Positions 30,383-42,664 of a DNA stretch of 64,000 nucleotides are shown here, piece by piece (within the stretch, counting starts at the first letter, position 1; every line of letters starts with the position of its first letter). Origin of the DNA: a virus (taxonomy: Duplodnaviria; Caudoviricetes); IMG/VR virus record IMGVR_UViG_3300024346_000005; one strand, written 5' to 3'. Position numbers and translations under genes: made by a program. The notes under the pieces were generated by a model, which saw nothing but the letters and a program-made list of their open reading frames with translations, was not told where the DNA came from and did not search any database.

Positions 30383-30883
30383 ATGAAACTTATACCAGGA
30401 TATGAGGCATATAGTGTCACCGAAGACGGTGTAATCTATTCTCATAAAAAAACGGGAGGAATGGGAAAAGGAAAAGTCCTTGATTATTCTTACAAAAGAG
30501 AACTAAAACCACAAATTAACCACAAAGGATATATGAATGTTATTTTGGAACAAAATACTTCTAATGCTAGAACTATGATTATTCATAGGGCAGTAGCATT
30601 AGCATATATTCCAAATCCAAATAATTATGATACTGTAAATCATATTGATGAAAACAAAACAAACAATCACGTATCAAATCTTGAATGGATGAGTAATGCT
30701 GACAACGTAGCATATTCACAAGCAAAAATCCGTTTGATTGAAACTCCAATTGGTGAAGTTATTGTTGTCTCTAATCTTACAAAATGGTGCCGTGAAGTTT
30801 TGGAACTTAAATCCTCTGGAAATATGTTAAGGTCTCTGCGAAATCCTGGAACAACTTGTAAAGGTTACAAATTACTAAAATGA
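30383..30883 (+). CDS. NUMOD4-HNH homing endonuclease
   Basis: 'IPGYEAYSVTEDG', 'IHRAVALAYIPNP...VNHIDENKTNNHVSNLEW'; TATAAATA at 30351-30358. Confidence 0.9.
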   Translation: MKLIPGYEAYSVTEDGVIYSHKKTGGMGKGKVLDYSYKRELKPQINHKGYMNVILEQNTSNARTMIIHRAVALAYIPNPNNYDTVNHIDENKTNNHVSNLEWMSNADNVAYSQAKIRLIETPIGEVIVVSNLTKWCREVLELKSSGNMLRSLRNPGTTCKGYKLLK

Positions 30884-31028
30884 TTAATTTTGTTGCTGGA
30901 ACTATCTTTGGTATTATTGCTGCAACGGTTGGATTTGGTCCAATCGCACAGGCACTTGATGGTGCCATGCTCGGTTTACAGAAACAAACATTACAAATGT
31001 CCGCTCCAAAACTTCCTCCTCCTTCACA

Positions 31029-31454
31029 ATGAAAAAACTTCTTCTCCTTCTTCCGCTAGTATTTCTGCCCGCACCAGTAATGGCACAACAGGTGAATCAA
31101 TTTGGTGTCTGTACTCAATATCAGGAAGTTTATGTTCCTGGTGGTTATGACCAGTACGGAAACTACTATCCGGGTGGAGTTCAGACTCAATCCTATAATG
31201 TTCCTTGTAATCAGGTGAGTGGTGGTAACTGGAATCCCACTTATCAACGTCAGAGAGTTTGTAATCCTGCTGCTGGTGCTGCCGTTGGTTATGGACTAGC
31301 GACTGCCCTCTCAGGTCAAACAGGATACAACTACAATTCTAACTATACTCGCAACCGCAACTCTGGTAGTTACAACTATTCTTATGGAAATAAGAGAAGT
31401 AATTCGTGGGGTATTTTTGGTGCGGGTATTGGAGCACTAATGTTTGGTTGCTGA
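31029..31454 (+). CDS. Secreted/membrane Gly-Tyr-rich hypothetical protein
   Basis: Signal-peptide-like N-terminus and glycine-zipper-like 'GAAVG' and 'GAGIG'. Confidence 0.6.
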   Translation: MKKLLLLLPLVFLPAPVMAQQVNQFGVCTQYQEVYVPGGYDQYGNYYPGGVQTQSYNVPCNQVSGGNWNPTYQRQRVCNPAAGAAVGYGLATALSGQTGYNYNSNYTRNRNSGSYNYSYGNKRSNSWGIFGAGIGALMFGC

Positions 31455-31515
31455 TTATGACTACTAAAGACAAACTGATTTTCATCTCATCATTCATTTG
31501 GTTCTTACATTGGTC

Positions 31516-31995
31516 ATGCACTCTCTCATTGAAATTAGTGGATACGGTTATCGCAAGCGGACCTGTGAGGATGTTGCCTCTTGGTTTCTGAATAAGTTCC
31601 TTCCACGACATAAAATCTATGTTCAGATTGTACATCGTGGATTGAGGCGTGAAGGTGTTTATGGTTGGTGTGATGTACTGGAAGGAACCTATCGCCCCAG
31701 AGACTTCATTATTGAACTGAATACCCATATGTGTGAAGAGTTGTATATAAAAACTCTTTTACACGAAATGACCCATCTGCGGCAGTGGGTAGTGGGTTCT
31801 CTCCGTCAGAAACGCGGAAAAATGTATTATGGTAAAGATTGTATGGAAGATTACGAATATTGGCATCAAGGGCATGAAATTGAGGCACGGGAGCAAGAAG
31901 AAACTCTATATGTTGAGTACTTAATTGATAAACAGGGTGTGCCAGCCCCCAAAGTGGCACAGTACTTCCCGAACCGCCTGTGTTCTGCCCTATAA
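31516..31995 (+). CDS. SprT-like zinc metalloprotease-domain protein
   Basis: 'TLLHEMTHLRQ' HExxH motif and a later 'HEIEA'. Confidence 0.7.
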   Translation: MHSLIEISGYGYRKRTCEDVASWFLNKFLPRHKIYVQIVHRGLRREGVYGWCDVLEGTYRPRDFIIELNTHMCEELYIKTLLHEMTHLRQWVVGSLRQKRGKMYYGKDCMEDYEYWHQGHEIEAREQEETLYVEYLIDKQGVPAPKVAQYFPNRLCSAL

Positions 31996-32021
31996 TAACA
32001 AGGTAATCAAGGAAACCACCA

Positions 32022-35000
32022 GTGACCCTCCCGACCTACAGCGCAATTCAGTTTAATGCCGAAGCAGAACATAAAGCGGCACTCTATGATGCCTGCCTGC
32101 TGATTGTGAATACTTATAATCAATCTGATATGCTTGATGGTTATTGTATTGAGAATTACAATGGCAATGTGACTGCATATGACTTTATGAAGTATGCTCG
32201 CAACATTCTCAACCAAATTGCTAACTGAAATGACTGCAACCACACTTTCAAAAGAACTCATCAACGATTTTGTTGATTATGTGATGTCGTTCTATGGTTC
32301 TGATGGTATCTATCCTATGGGTGCCAATCGTACTGTGATTCGTAAGGCAACTAATGACATCATCAAGATTGCCAGAATCAAAGGTGAAAAGTTCTGTGGT
32401 GATAGTATTGACCGCGAACTTGTAAGAGACCTTCTCATTTCCAAGTACAATCTCAAGTAATTATGGCACTCTCTAATCAAACAATTAGCAATCTGGCAGA
32501 TGCTCTGGTTCCTGAAGTGATTGATTACATCTATCTGGATGAGCGTTGGTGTGAATTTATGCAGGAGGTTGTTCCTGATGCTCTGAAAGACAAACTTGGA
32601 GAAATTGATGAGGACTTGCAATTTGACCTTGCTATGTGTATAATGGACCGTATCTGCCTCAAAAAAGGATGAGGAACTTTAAAAAACAGCGGATTCTGCC
32701 CGCACAGACCAAGCATAGTACCTAAGGAGTGAAAATCGCAAAAAATCAGGTTTTGACCCTAGTGTTTGTAAGGGTTCTGGGTGCCTCTCCAAGCACCGAC
32801 CGCTTCCTATGGTATCCCAGACAGTCAAAACCAATTTCCAAACTGGCCCAGCGGCACTGCTGTGGTGCTGGTAATGCCCTATAATAACAAGGTAATCAAC
32901 GGAGCACCAGATGCAACTCACTTCCACCACCGGCACAATGGTTGTTGACTATTTCCCCGTTGCCGGTGATACACAGTTTATCTACAAGGTTCTCAAGTTT
33001 CAGGGTACTGACGTAATGAGCACCAAATGTATCACCAAAAGTGACTTTGAGCACGAGTGTGATGAGCGTATTGGTCTTGGTTATAAAGTGACCGGATTCA
33101 ATACTCAACCTGCCAATGTCAATCCTATGATGGGTGCCTGCTGATGAAAGTTACTTACATTTTTCTTGCGTTTATTGGCATTCTAATGTATAATGCCGCA
33201 ATTGCCAAACGCGATATAGAACTCTTCAAGGCATATGATACTGTATGTGCCTCACTTCCACAACCCCATCCTGATTGTCGTTACTCCAAATGAGTGAAGT
33301 TCTTTCTCCTCTCTGGTATAGTTATTATGCCATTATTCAGCAAGATTCTCCCGAACTGATTGATGAATATATTGAGAGCACTGCCGCAAAACTGGAACTG
33401 ACGGTTGATTACTTTGTTGCGGAGTTTCTATGACTAATGAAATGAAGATTCTGCTGGCACTACGTCAGTTGGATAATATTATCAATTTGGTGAAGGGTAA
33501 TCAATGGGAGATGTTTTTTTCCCACAATCTGATTCCGGTAAGAATTGAACTTAGCCGCCAGTTGACTTGTCTACAACATTCTGCTAAAATAAAGGAGTAA
33601 TCAAACAAAAGAAATGAAGTATTTGTATCTGATTGATTTTTGGGTTCCTTTTCCAAGTTCGGAATATGGTGGACTAATCAATCTAATTGCCGAAAATGAC
33701 ACCGAAGCATTTAGTATTTTGTCACAAGAAGAATCCTATGACGAAAGGTATGTGAATCTGATTATGCCAAATGTAGTCAGTGCTCAGAAATTCAAACTCT
33801 CGGACGAGTACGAGTCCGGTATTATTGATTCATTTACAACCTAATGATTCCCGAGTTTCCTCATAAGGCACCCACAAAAGAATATTCTTATGAGTACGAA
33901 CAATTCAATACAAAAATAGTTCGTATTTGGTTGTGCTGTACTCGTAAGTTTGATTATAATCTGGGTGCTCCTACTAAAACTGTATGGGGATTCTATTCTC
34001 CAAAGAAAAGAGTCTATTATGCTCCGGTAAATTCTAAGACTCCTGGCAAAGAGGTAAATATAGAGAATACTACTTCTTATACTGCTATGCCACTCAAGAA
34101 AACTTCTTTGGAGATGTGTTTTGTATGATGACATTTACCACAGGAATTCAAGTTGAATACAAAAACTGTAATGGGTTTATTGAATTTGTATCCGATGAAT
34201 ATGTCACGGTTTGTATAGAAACCTATGATGATAAGTTCAGAAGTGTTTGTATGTTAGTTTATCCAAATGAATGGAAAAATATAGAAATTATTGGAGATTA
34301 TGAAACAGAAGCAAAGTAATTTATGGAAAATTATTGCGAAGTCTCTTGGGGAAAAGAGTGGTGATACGGATAAAGAATCGGACCAAATTGCGGTGGTTCG
34401 TCTGATTGCGTTTCTTTCCATTTTTATTACAAACTCATTTATTGTGTATAATGCTCTTCGTACTCACCATTTTCCTAATTATGAAATACAGCGTTGTCTA
34501 CCTCAAACCCAAGAAAAAGGGTCAGTTCAGTAAACAATCTGCGGTCTTCCTTGATGTTGAGAGTGCCTTTTTCTGGAAGAATATGGTAGAATCTCAGGGA
34601 TGTAAACAAATAGAAGTATTACCGGTATTTTGATATGACATTCTCTAAACCAGTATTAGCAACAGATAAAAAGAAAACTACCTTGAATTGGTGGGAGTAT
34701 TGGATTGGTCACTGCTGGATGACTGGATGGCAGAGCATTCGTGGAGCATTTCGTATCTGGGCAGACCTGATGGGTAGTAACTATGCGGATTATGCTTTGC
34801 CCAGAACCGTAGAAGACCCAGAACAAGAATGTATTGAATGGTTCTGGGCAACTCTTGGTGAAGATGAGGTTTATCCCAAAGAGTTCCTTGAGTATCTATT
34901 ACAAATGTGTGCTGATATTGATAGTGGTAAAGTGGAGACATTTCCACTCACCGAAGATTTCTTTGATAGACTAAAAGACCTTGTTGAAGATGTTTACCTA

Positions 35001-35337
35001 GAAGATGAAGACCTTACCTAATGCTGTATAATGACCTTATGAACATCAACCCCACTGACTAATTATGAGTTTCACTAAGACTATTTCTGCTTTTGCCGCA
35101 CTCGCAAGTATCTTTGGTGTGAGTGTTGCTGGTTATAAACTTGCCGAAAGTTCTGCGAATACTCCTTCACCAATACTTGAGGAGAAGATTATTCAACTTG
35201 AGAAACAACTGGAAGAAGTAAAAACACAAAAACCAGTTGTAGAAGTGGCACAACCACTACAACTACCAGCACCAGAACCTGTTATACTACCTCCAGTAAC
35301 ACCACTTCCACCAGTAACGGAGACGACTAATGAGTAA
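32022..35337 (+). other. Cluster of small early hypothetical ORFs (32022-32228, 32230-32460, 32463-32672, 32911-33144, 33614-33844, 33844-34128, 34125-34319, 34291-34533, 34635-35021, 35065-35337)
   Basis: Co-directional short ORFs behind dyad or sigma70 promoters. Confidence 0.65.
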
Positions 35338-35689
35338 CCATCCAATCACCCCACCGCCGGAGTTGGTGAAACAGTGGATCAAAGAGTGCGACAACCCTGA
35401 AGAACCTCGTTGGCAGGAGTATGAGCAAGACATCGCCACCCGCGCCGCCCGCTGGGGCGCCGACCAACAACTGGAAGCGTGTTGCGAACAACTAAAGAGC
35501 ATCCCCAGTCCGCTTGGCATTCCGTTTGGAGAGATGGCGTCTAATGCACTCCGCAACGCCTGTCGCCCAGAACCACCATCCTTGAAGGAGCAGGCGTTAA
35601 GCGAATTGAATCTAACTGCCGACCCCAACGGGGCAGAACTTTCACGAACCCAAGTTGAACTTATCCGTAAAGCACTGGAGTCATTATGA
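35330..35689 (+). CDS. Hypothetical protein, GC-rich (likely foreign)
   Basis: 'ITPPPELVKQW...AARWGADQQLEACCE'; visibly higher GC than its flanks. Confidence 0.7.
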   Translation: MSNHPITPPPELVKQWIKECDNPEEPRWQEYEQDIATRAARWGADQQLEACCEQLKSIPSPLGIPFGEMASNALRNACRPEPPSLKEQALSELNLTADPNGAELSRTQVELIRKALESL

Positions 35690-37823
35690 GATTTCGTAAC
35701 ATAGAATTTAGGTGGAGCACCTATAACAAAAAGCACGAACTCGTCAAGTGGTATAAGTTAGAGGAGAGGAATTATTCTTATGTGATTGCTTTATTTGATA
35801 AAACCAACGAGGGTTACAATATGAGAACTATTGGTGATAGGTTCTTTGAGGACAAGGATGCTTGGGTGGTAGGAAAACACGCAATTGAGTTTCTAAATGC
35901 TATTTTTGAGATTGAAAGAATTGAAGAGGAACTGAAATGACTAACACCGCATACCAAATCTGGGAAACATTCAAAGCAGAACTTACACAACCAGCAACAG
36001 ATGATATGAAAGAAGCATTAGCATCTTCTATCCGTGTGATTTCTTCTATCATTCATAGAGATGGAGTTCTTGAAAATGAACCTTGGCATCTTCATATTGC
36101 TGATGAACTGAATGAATATGCTGATAATGTGGAGGCACTATGACTGAAAGGGCAAAAAGAATTTATCGTGCTTGGGAAGATAAGTGGGTGGACAGTACAC
36201 ATCACGAAGAACTTTCTCTTGCTGCTGCTATTCGTGAGATTGTGAATGAGTTTCAGTATTACCAGTGTTGTGAAGAAGAAGGTGTAGAAGATATGGTAGT
36301 TGATGCTCGGGTGCTTTATGACCTTGCTAATGAATTGGAGGAACTGAATGACTGACCTTTCCAGAAAGACTGAACCAAAATTGGAAAGTATTAAAGAAAT
36401 CGCAGATTATTTGAATCTAAAATATAAAACAAATCTTCTTTGGGCAAACTTCACAAGAGAAAAAAGAAATGATGAATGGTATAAGAAAAATACTCCAACT
36501 TCATCACCCTTTGTAAATCAAAATGACGGACTAATGATTGACCTTTCCAGAAAGACTGAACCAAAATTGGAAAGTATTAAAGAAATCGCAGATTATTTGG
36601 AGGCATTATGAAACCAGTAAAAATCACAGCAGAAATCACACTCACTCCTGAAATGTTTAGTAGGTGGAATGAAGGCGACTTACCAGAAACTGAACTACAG
36701 TATCATCACTTTATTGAGAAGGTACTCTATTGTAAGTTTGGTGCTTGGAAAGATATTGGTGGTTATGAGGACTTTATCAACAAAACAATTGATGATAATG
36801 GAAACGGACTGAAACTGACTATTGAGGAACTGAAATGAAACTCGTAGAAACGATTGAAAGGTGTGAGACCATACTATCTAAAAGATACGAATATATTAAA
36901 CAAGAGTTAAATCATCCAGAAGAAAAACTTAAATTAGTTTTTAGTGATAATCATCGTAATGAATTAATTGATGAGAAAACTGAACTTTTTGAGATGTTGT
37001 ATAACTTGAACTTTATAAAATTTGAGAGTAATATTCAAGAACTTGATGAGGTATTGGAATGACTGACGACAAAAAACTTATAAAATATTTTAACCGAAGA
37101 CTTACTGATGAAGAATTAGATAATGAGTTACATTTGGATTTTTCACAATCAAAAAAAATAGAAGACCTAAAGTTTTCAAGAGAAACTCCAGCACCTTATA
37201 TTCCTCCCACTTATACTCCAACTGTTCCAAGTGATTGCTCGGCAGAAAGAGCACAAGAGTTTTTGAATAAATTTCAAGAAGTCTATCTTGCTAGTGATGA
37301 TGATAAGTATGTAATTGCTACTGTTATTCGTATGATTGTTTCTAGTCCCGATTTGGTTGATTTAACCGAAACTGATTTACTTGACCTTGCCGATAATATT
37401 TCAAAATTATGAGTAAATCCTACATTTCGTGTTACAATAATGAGACCAAAGAGTTAGAGCACGACGAACAACTACTCAATTCACTACAAGGAACTATGGC
37501 AACGATTGACCCGTATTCAGTTAAAAAAGAAGCACTTGATGAGTATCGTATAGATACAATTGAGGAACGACTTACTCGTATTGAAGATAAAGTTGATTTA
37601 CTCATTTCTCAACTTAAAATAGAGTTTTATAAGAAAAATGACGGGACATCCAGATGACATTATACTCACAAATCCCTCAAAGATGTTTGAGTATGAAAAA
37701 CTAGCAAGAAATATTGATAATTGTGAGAATGTAGAGGAACTACAGATTTCACTCAAAGGTATGTTAAAGTTGTATATGAAACAACAAGAAGTAACGGCAG
37801 AAGTATTAAAAATGAGAATGTAA
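35686..37823 (+). other. Cluster of small hypothetical ORFs (35686-35940, 35937-36143, 36140-36355, 36348-36611, 36608-36838, 36835-37062, 37059-37412, 37409-37657, 37638-37823)
   Basis: Mostly ATGA-overlapping ORFs. Confidence 0.65.
36353..36599 (+). repeat. Perfect 61-bp direct repeat (36353-36413 and 36539-36599)
   Basis: Identical TGACCTTTCCAGAAAG...CAGATTATTTG copies. Confidence 0.9.
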
Positions 37824-37982
37824 TGAAAATTGATATTACAATAGAAGATTATGGTATAATTATAAATGCTCTACACTATTATAAGAAAGTAGAGAAGAAA
37901 GGAAACTTTCAGCAGTATGATGACGAAAGAATTAATTCCTTGAGAGACAAACTCTCGCACCAAATTATATGGAACAAAATGA

Positions 37983-38090
37983 ATAAATAATGATGCTCTA
38001 ATGTGTTCGCATCCATAAGAGTGGGAAGGGTGTCTTCGGGCACCTTTTCTTGTATAAATAGTATTGCGAACACAATTTAGAAGCAGAACT
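37983..38090 (+). promoter_or_regulatory. Dual late-promoter / antisense-arm / terminator cassette (copy 3)
   Basis: ATAAATA, GCTCTAATGTGTTCGCAT, GGTGTC-TTCG-GGCACC-TTTT, TATAAATA (38053-38060), TTGCGAACACAATTTAGAAGC. Confidence 0.78.
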
Positions 38091-38786
38091 ATGGTAAATC
38101 CTAATAGGTTTTATACTTACGCATATTTGCGTGAAGATAAGACACCTTATTATATTGGTAAAGGTAAAGGTAATAGGGCATATAAAAAGCATCGAAAAGG
38201 AATAGGTGTCCCAAAAGATAAATCGAGAATTATATTCCTCAAACAAAACTTAACCGAAGAAGAAGCATTTAGACACGAAATCTATATGATTGCTGTTTTT
38301 GGTAGGAAAGATTTGAGAACTGGTATTCTTCACAACCTTACAGATGGTGGTGATGGTGCTTCTGGATGGGTTCCAAGTGAAGAAACTAAAAGAAAACAAA
38401 GTGAAGTGAAAAAAGGTAATACTTATATGTTAGGTAAAACTCTTTCAGAAGAAACCAAAAGAAAAATGAGTGATACGCGAAAAGGTAAAACTCATTCAGA
38501 AGAAACGAAAAGAAAACAAAGTGAGGTAAAGAAGGGTAAAACTTATTCGGAAGAAGCAAAAAGAAAAATGAGTGAGGCACATAAAGGTAAAACTCTTTCA
38601 GAAGAAACCAGAAGAAAAATGAGTGAGATACGAAAAGGTAAAACTCATTCAGAAGAAACTAAAAGAAAACAAAGTGAGGTAAAGAAGGGTAAAACTAAAG
38701 GTAAAAAGTGGTGGAATGATGGTTGTGGAAATTGTAAAAGGATGGTAGAATGTCCCGGTGATGGTTGGAGACTTGGAAGAAAATGA
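38091..38786 (+). CDS. GIY-YIG endonuclease with multiple NUMOD3 repeats
   Basis: '[19 protein letters not shown]', about six '(H/L)SEETKRK(M/Q)SE.KKG' repeats and a 'KWWNDG...CPG' C-terminus. Confidence 0.88.
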   Translation: MVNPNRFYTYAYLREDKTPYYIGKGKGNRAYKKHRKGIGVPKDKSRIIFLKQNLTEEEAFRHEIYMIAVFGRKDLRTGILHNLTDGGDGASGWVPSEETKRKQSEVKKGNTYMLGKTLSEETKRKMSDTRKGKTHSEETKRKQSEVKKGKTYSEEAKRKMSEAHKGKTLSEETRRKMSEIRKGKTHSEETKRKQSEVKKGKTKGKKWWNDGCGNCKRMVECPGDGWRLGRK

Positions 38787-41700
38787 TTGACTGGGACGCA
38801 AGATTTGCTGAATTACCGGACGCAGAAAAGGATAAGATTGCTCTGTTGAGGGTCATAGAATGCTCAAATGGGTGTATTCAACATAAGTTTCGTGATGAGG
38901 ATGAGGATGCCTTATCAGTAGAAGAAAGCAGAGATGCGATGAAATTTTCAATGAGTGCGATAAAAACTATGGAAATCCCTTTGGGGGAAGAAGTGATTAC
39001 ATTTGCCCCTGAAACCGCAGAACTTTTTACTGAAATGAGACGATTGTATATCTCTGGTGTGAAACAGAATAATCAGGCAGATTATAATGAGTTTCTCAAA
39101 GGTTCTAAAGCAAATCTACTTGCGGTAGGTAAAGAACGCATCTTGGAAGCAAGACGACTTGCGTTTAATCATATTGACGAACTACCACCTCATACATTAG
39201 AATGGGGACTTGCTTATATCTTTAGTTTTGCCGAATGGATTCCTTATGACTGACTACCAACCAACACCATAAACAAATGACTAAAAACCATACCATCGTA
39301 ATAGATATAGAAAACGCAAGAATTGGTTGTCCTTATTGTGATAAATGGGAACCTTATTTTGGAACCAGATATACAGATACGCAGTTCTTATGTGATATAC
39401 TCTTGAAAGACCATTTGAGACGATTGGAGAATGAAAAATTTCTTATTGGGGATAAAGAATGACTGAAGAAGAAACTCAAAAACTTATAAAAAAATGGAAA
39501 CCTCTTTTGACTGCAGAAACATCCCCCGATGCAACTGTTTTACTTATTGAACCTATGGAAACACCAGTTAGTGAGGAAGTGAAATGACCCACCCATCTTA
39601 TTGTTGCCTTAAATGCGGAGAACAGATAGGATGGACTGGAAGGTTCTTTCAGTTCCTTCGTATTCCATTACATCGGTGTAAAAAATGACTGATATAAGAA
39701 CCCAACCATTCACAACTGACGCACTCACCATTCGGCAACTCAAAGAAATCTTGAGTGTTCTTCCTGATACAAATGAGTATGGTGAGGATTTTGAGGTGTG
39801 GATGAGTGTTGGTAATAATCTATCAAATGTGGTAAAATCTGTATGGTCGTTGAACTTACGAAACGACGGTTGTGATATTATTTTAGAATGATGAACCCTT
39901 TACTACAAAAATATGAGGAACTTTACGGAAAGAAAGAGAAACCAAAACTTCCAAGAATAGAAGATTATGAGGGTGAAGAAACATTCGCAGATGAACTGAA
40001 GAAATCAAAACCTCCAACACTCAAATCTTATGACCTTGATGACTTGAAAACTTCTTTTCAACAAGTCGCAGAACAACTCCAAAATGATGAGGCACAGGTG
40101 ATAAGTATGAATATGGAATTTGGAGACCATATGAATAAAATAACCTTTGAGGTTTATGTCTATAAACCTTGAAGAACTCCAAAAATACTTGGATGATAAT
40201 AACACCACACTTGAAGAGTATATGAGAGCAAATATGATTACTGATGAAGACAGAAAATATTTTGATAAGATATGGGTGGATGCGATTTATAAGAACTTTG
40301 GTGAGGACACTTGAACAACTGGCACAAGGGGACGCTCTGGGTGCCTCTGTTGGTGCTATAATACTCTCATACACACAGACACCTGATGATTGACCTTTCA
40401 CAACTGACCGAAGAACAACTCAACGAACTTGAACTTCAAATCCAAAAGCATAAGGAACAACAGAAGTTAAAGGGTGCTTTGGAAAACCTAAAAGGTTATA
40501 AAGTAACTTTTTATATTAGGTTTGACCCTGAAAAGCATAAGGATGATGATATGCTTACATATGATGGAGAACTTGACCCGAACATTTTTGCTGATTATCT
40601 GTGCGATAATCTTGTTACAGACCTGATTAGAAATTTTGAATTGTATGGTTATGAGGATGTGAATTATCCTACTGTTGAAGTAGCAACAAAACAAGAAATT
40701 GAAGAGAAATTTTGAGCAACTGAAATGACTGAACGCATTTATGAACTTGAGTGTGGAATCAGAAAACTCAACGGAGAATATTGAAATGAACCAAGCAAAC
40801 AAGAACTCATTTTTCTTTTATGTCCTCAAAGAAGGTGGTGGAAAAATTGACCCAAGAAATATAGAGTTTATGATTGAAGCACTCAAAGAATGGTTGCCTA
40901 ATACTATTGGATATCCAGACACCGACTATTCTATGAATGCTTATAAGTTGGGGCAAAGAGAATACAAAGAATTCATTATGAGGAACCTCAAATGACTGAA
41001 AACATTCAAAAGTATCCAAATGTAAATCGTGTTGAAGTCATCTCAAGTGAGGGTGAAGAGTTTTTTTGGGATGAATGGGATGAATGTTCCCAAGTTCAGG
41101 TAAGTTTTCATAATGACGGAAAGACACTCAAAGTATTTCTCACGGGGAACATAAAATGACTAAACACGAGATTGGAGCAACAATTGGATTTTATATTGTT
41201 GTGGGATTGATGGGTTGGGCACTTGTATCTTTCTTTCCTCTTACTTGGGGACAGGCACTCATAATCTCTTGGATGTATAACAAACTTACTGATGTATTAG
41301 AATGACTTCTATTCTCCAACAATACACTCTTGAAGATTTCGTAAAATGTCGTAATCAAAAGGAGTGGGTTTGTGATGAATGTAGAAAATGTGGTGATAGG
41401 GATTGTTGTTCTGGTAATCACATAATGTTTAGAGTTCCTAAAACTGATGATTGTCTCTGTTCTATTTGCTTGGAGAAACTGAAATGAAACTTTCATATAA
41501 TCTCAAACAGTTTTGGTTGCGAAGATTGATGTGGAGATGGTGTTTTGATTGGTGGTTTAGAGTAATGTATCCTCACATTTATTATAGTGAATATGGTAAA
41601 AGGTATGAGGAATATGTGAGTGATGATGATATGTTGTGGTTTTGGAACTATCTAAACAACTTTGATAATGAGGTATTATGACTTTACTTGAAACACTTGA

Positions 41701-42381
41701 ATACTTTCTCACAGAAACAGCAGCAGATATGGATGGTTTGTCTTGGGAAATCCGTGAGGAAACTAACTTTGAGGACAACAACATAGACCATTTGACTGAA
41801 TGTTATGATTTCAATAAAGAACTTTATGATAATCTCAAACAAATCAAATCCATTATTGAAGAACTGGAGGTATTATAATGTTTGGTATTGAAAAGGACTT
41901 CCAAAATCTAATGGAACAAGTTTATGGCCCTCTTGAAAAGAAAGAACAAATGACTGAAATTGAAGAAGTAAAAGCACAAATCAAAGTATTGGAAAAGAAA
42001 CTCTCTTTCCTTGAAGAACTGGAAAAAACAAAATCACCAGTAGAAGAAGCATATAAAAGAGTTTATGGTAAGTATCCTGTGAAAGATGTTAGTGAAGACC
42101 TTACTCCACTAGATAATTGGAATGTAATTTCTTGGGATGCTTTCCAGAAGGGTTATGATGCTGCTTATGAAGAGAAGGTGAAAGAAACCGCACAAGAACG
42201 GGGAGAACTCAAAACTCTTCATCAATTATTTCATGAAACAGTATGGATTGTACCTGATTGTGATGAGTTTTGTGGAATTGTAAAAGAATGGCTGTCTCAA
42301 TACACTCATAATGTGATGACTGGAGAATATTTGAAAGGATATGAAGAATGTCTTACTGTTTTGGAGGAGAACCTAAAGTAG
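38783..42381 (+). other. Cluster of hypothetical ORFs (38783-39253, 39277-39462, 39685-39891, 39888-40172, 40386-40715, 40787-40995, 41302-41487, 41484-41681, 41678-41878, 41878-42381)
   Basis: Co-directional short ORFs. Confidence 0.65.
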
Positions 42382-42385
42382 TCAG

Positions 42386-42440
42386 TATAAATAAAAATGC
42401 TTATGTGTGTCGTAACCAGAAGCAACGAGTAGCATAAGGA
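42386..42440 (+). ncRNA. Orphan late-promoter / sRNA-like half cassette
   Basis: TATAAATA then ATGCTTATGTGTGTCGT..., like the start of the endonuclease cassettes, but with no endonuclease downstream. Confidence 0.4.
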
Positions 42441-42664
42441 CACTTTCCAAACAGGCACAAGGGCACTTTACAGGTGCCTTTTTTTGATGTATGATACTTT
42501 CATACACAAAGGAACCCGATGACTGACAAACAAAAGATTCAATCCAAACTTAATGTATTGCACGAAGAGTTTGATACTCTTCAATCTCTTGGTGCAACGC
42601 ATAGTGAATTGAATGCGGTGCGGAGGGAGTTAAACATTTACTATGAAATGTTGAGGAAACTACG

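Noticed and set aside
38380-38700. ~60-bp tandem repeats
   Set aside because: They encode NUMOD3 repeats of the GIY-YIG protein.
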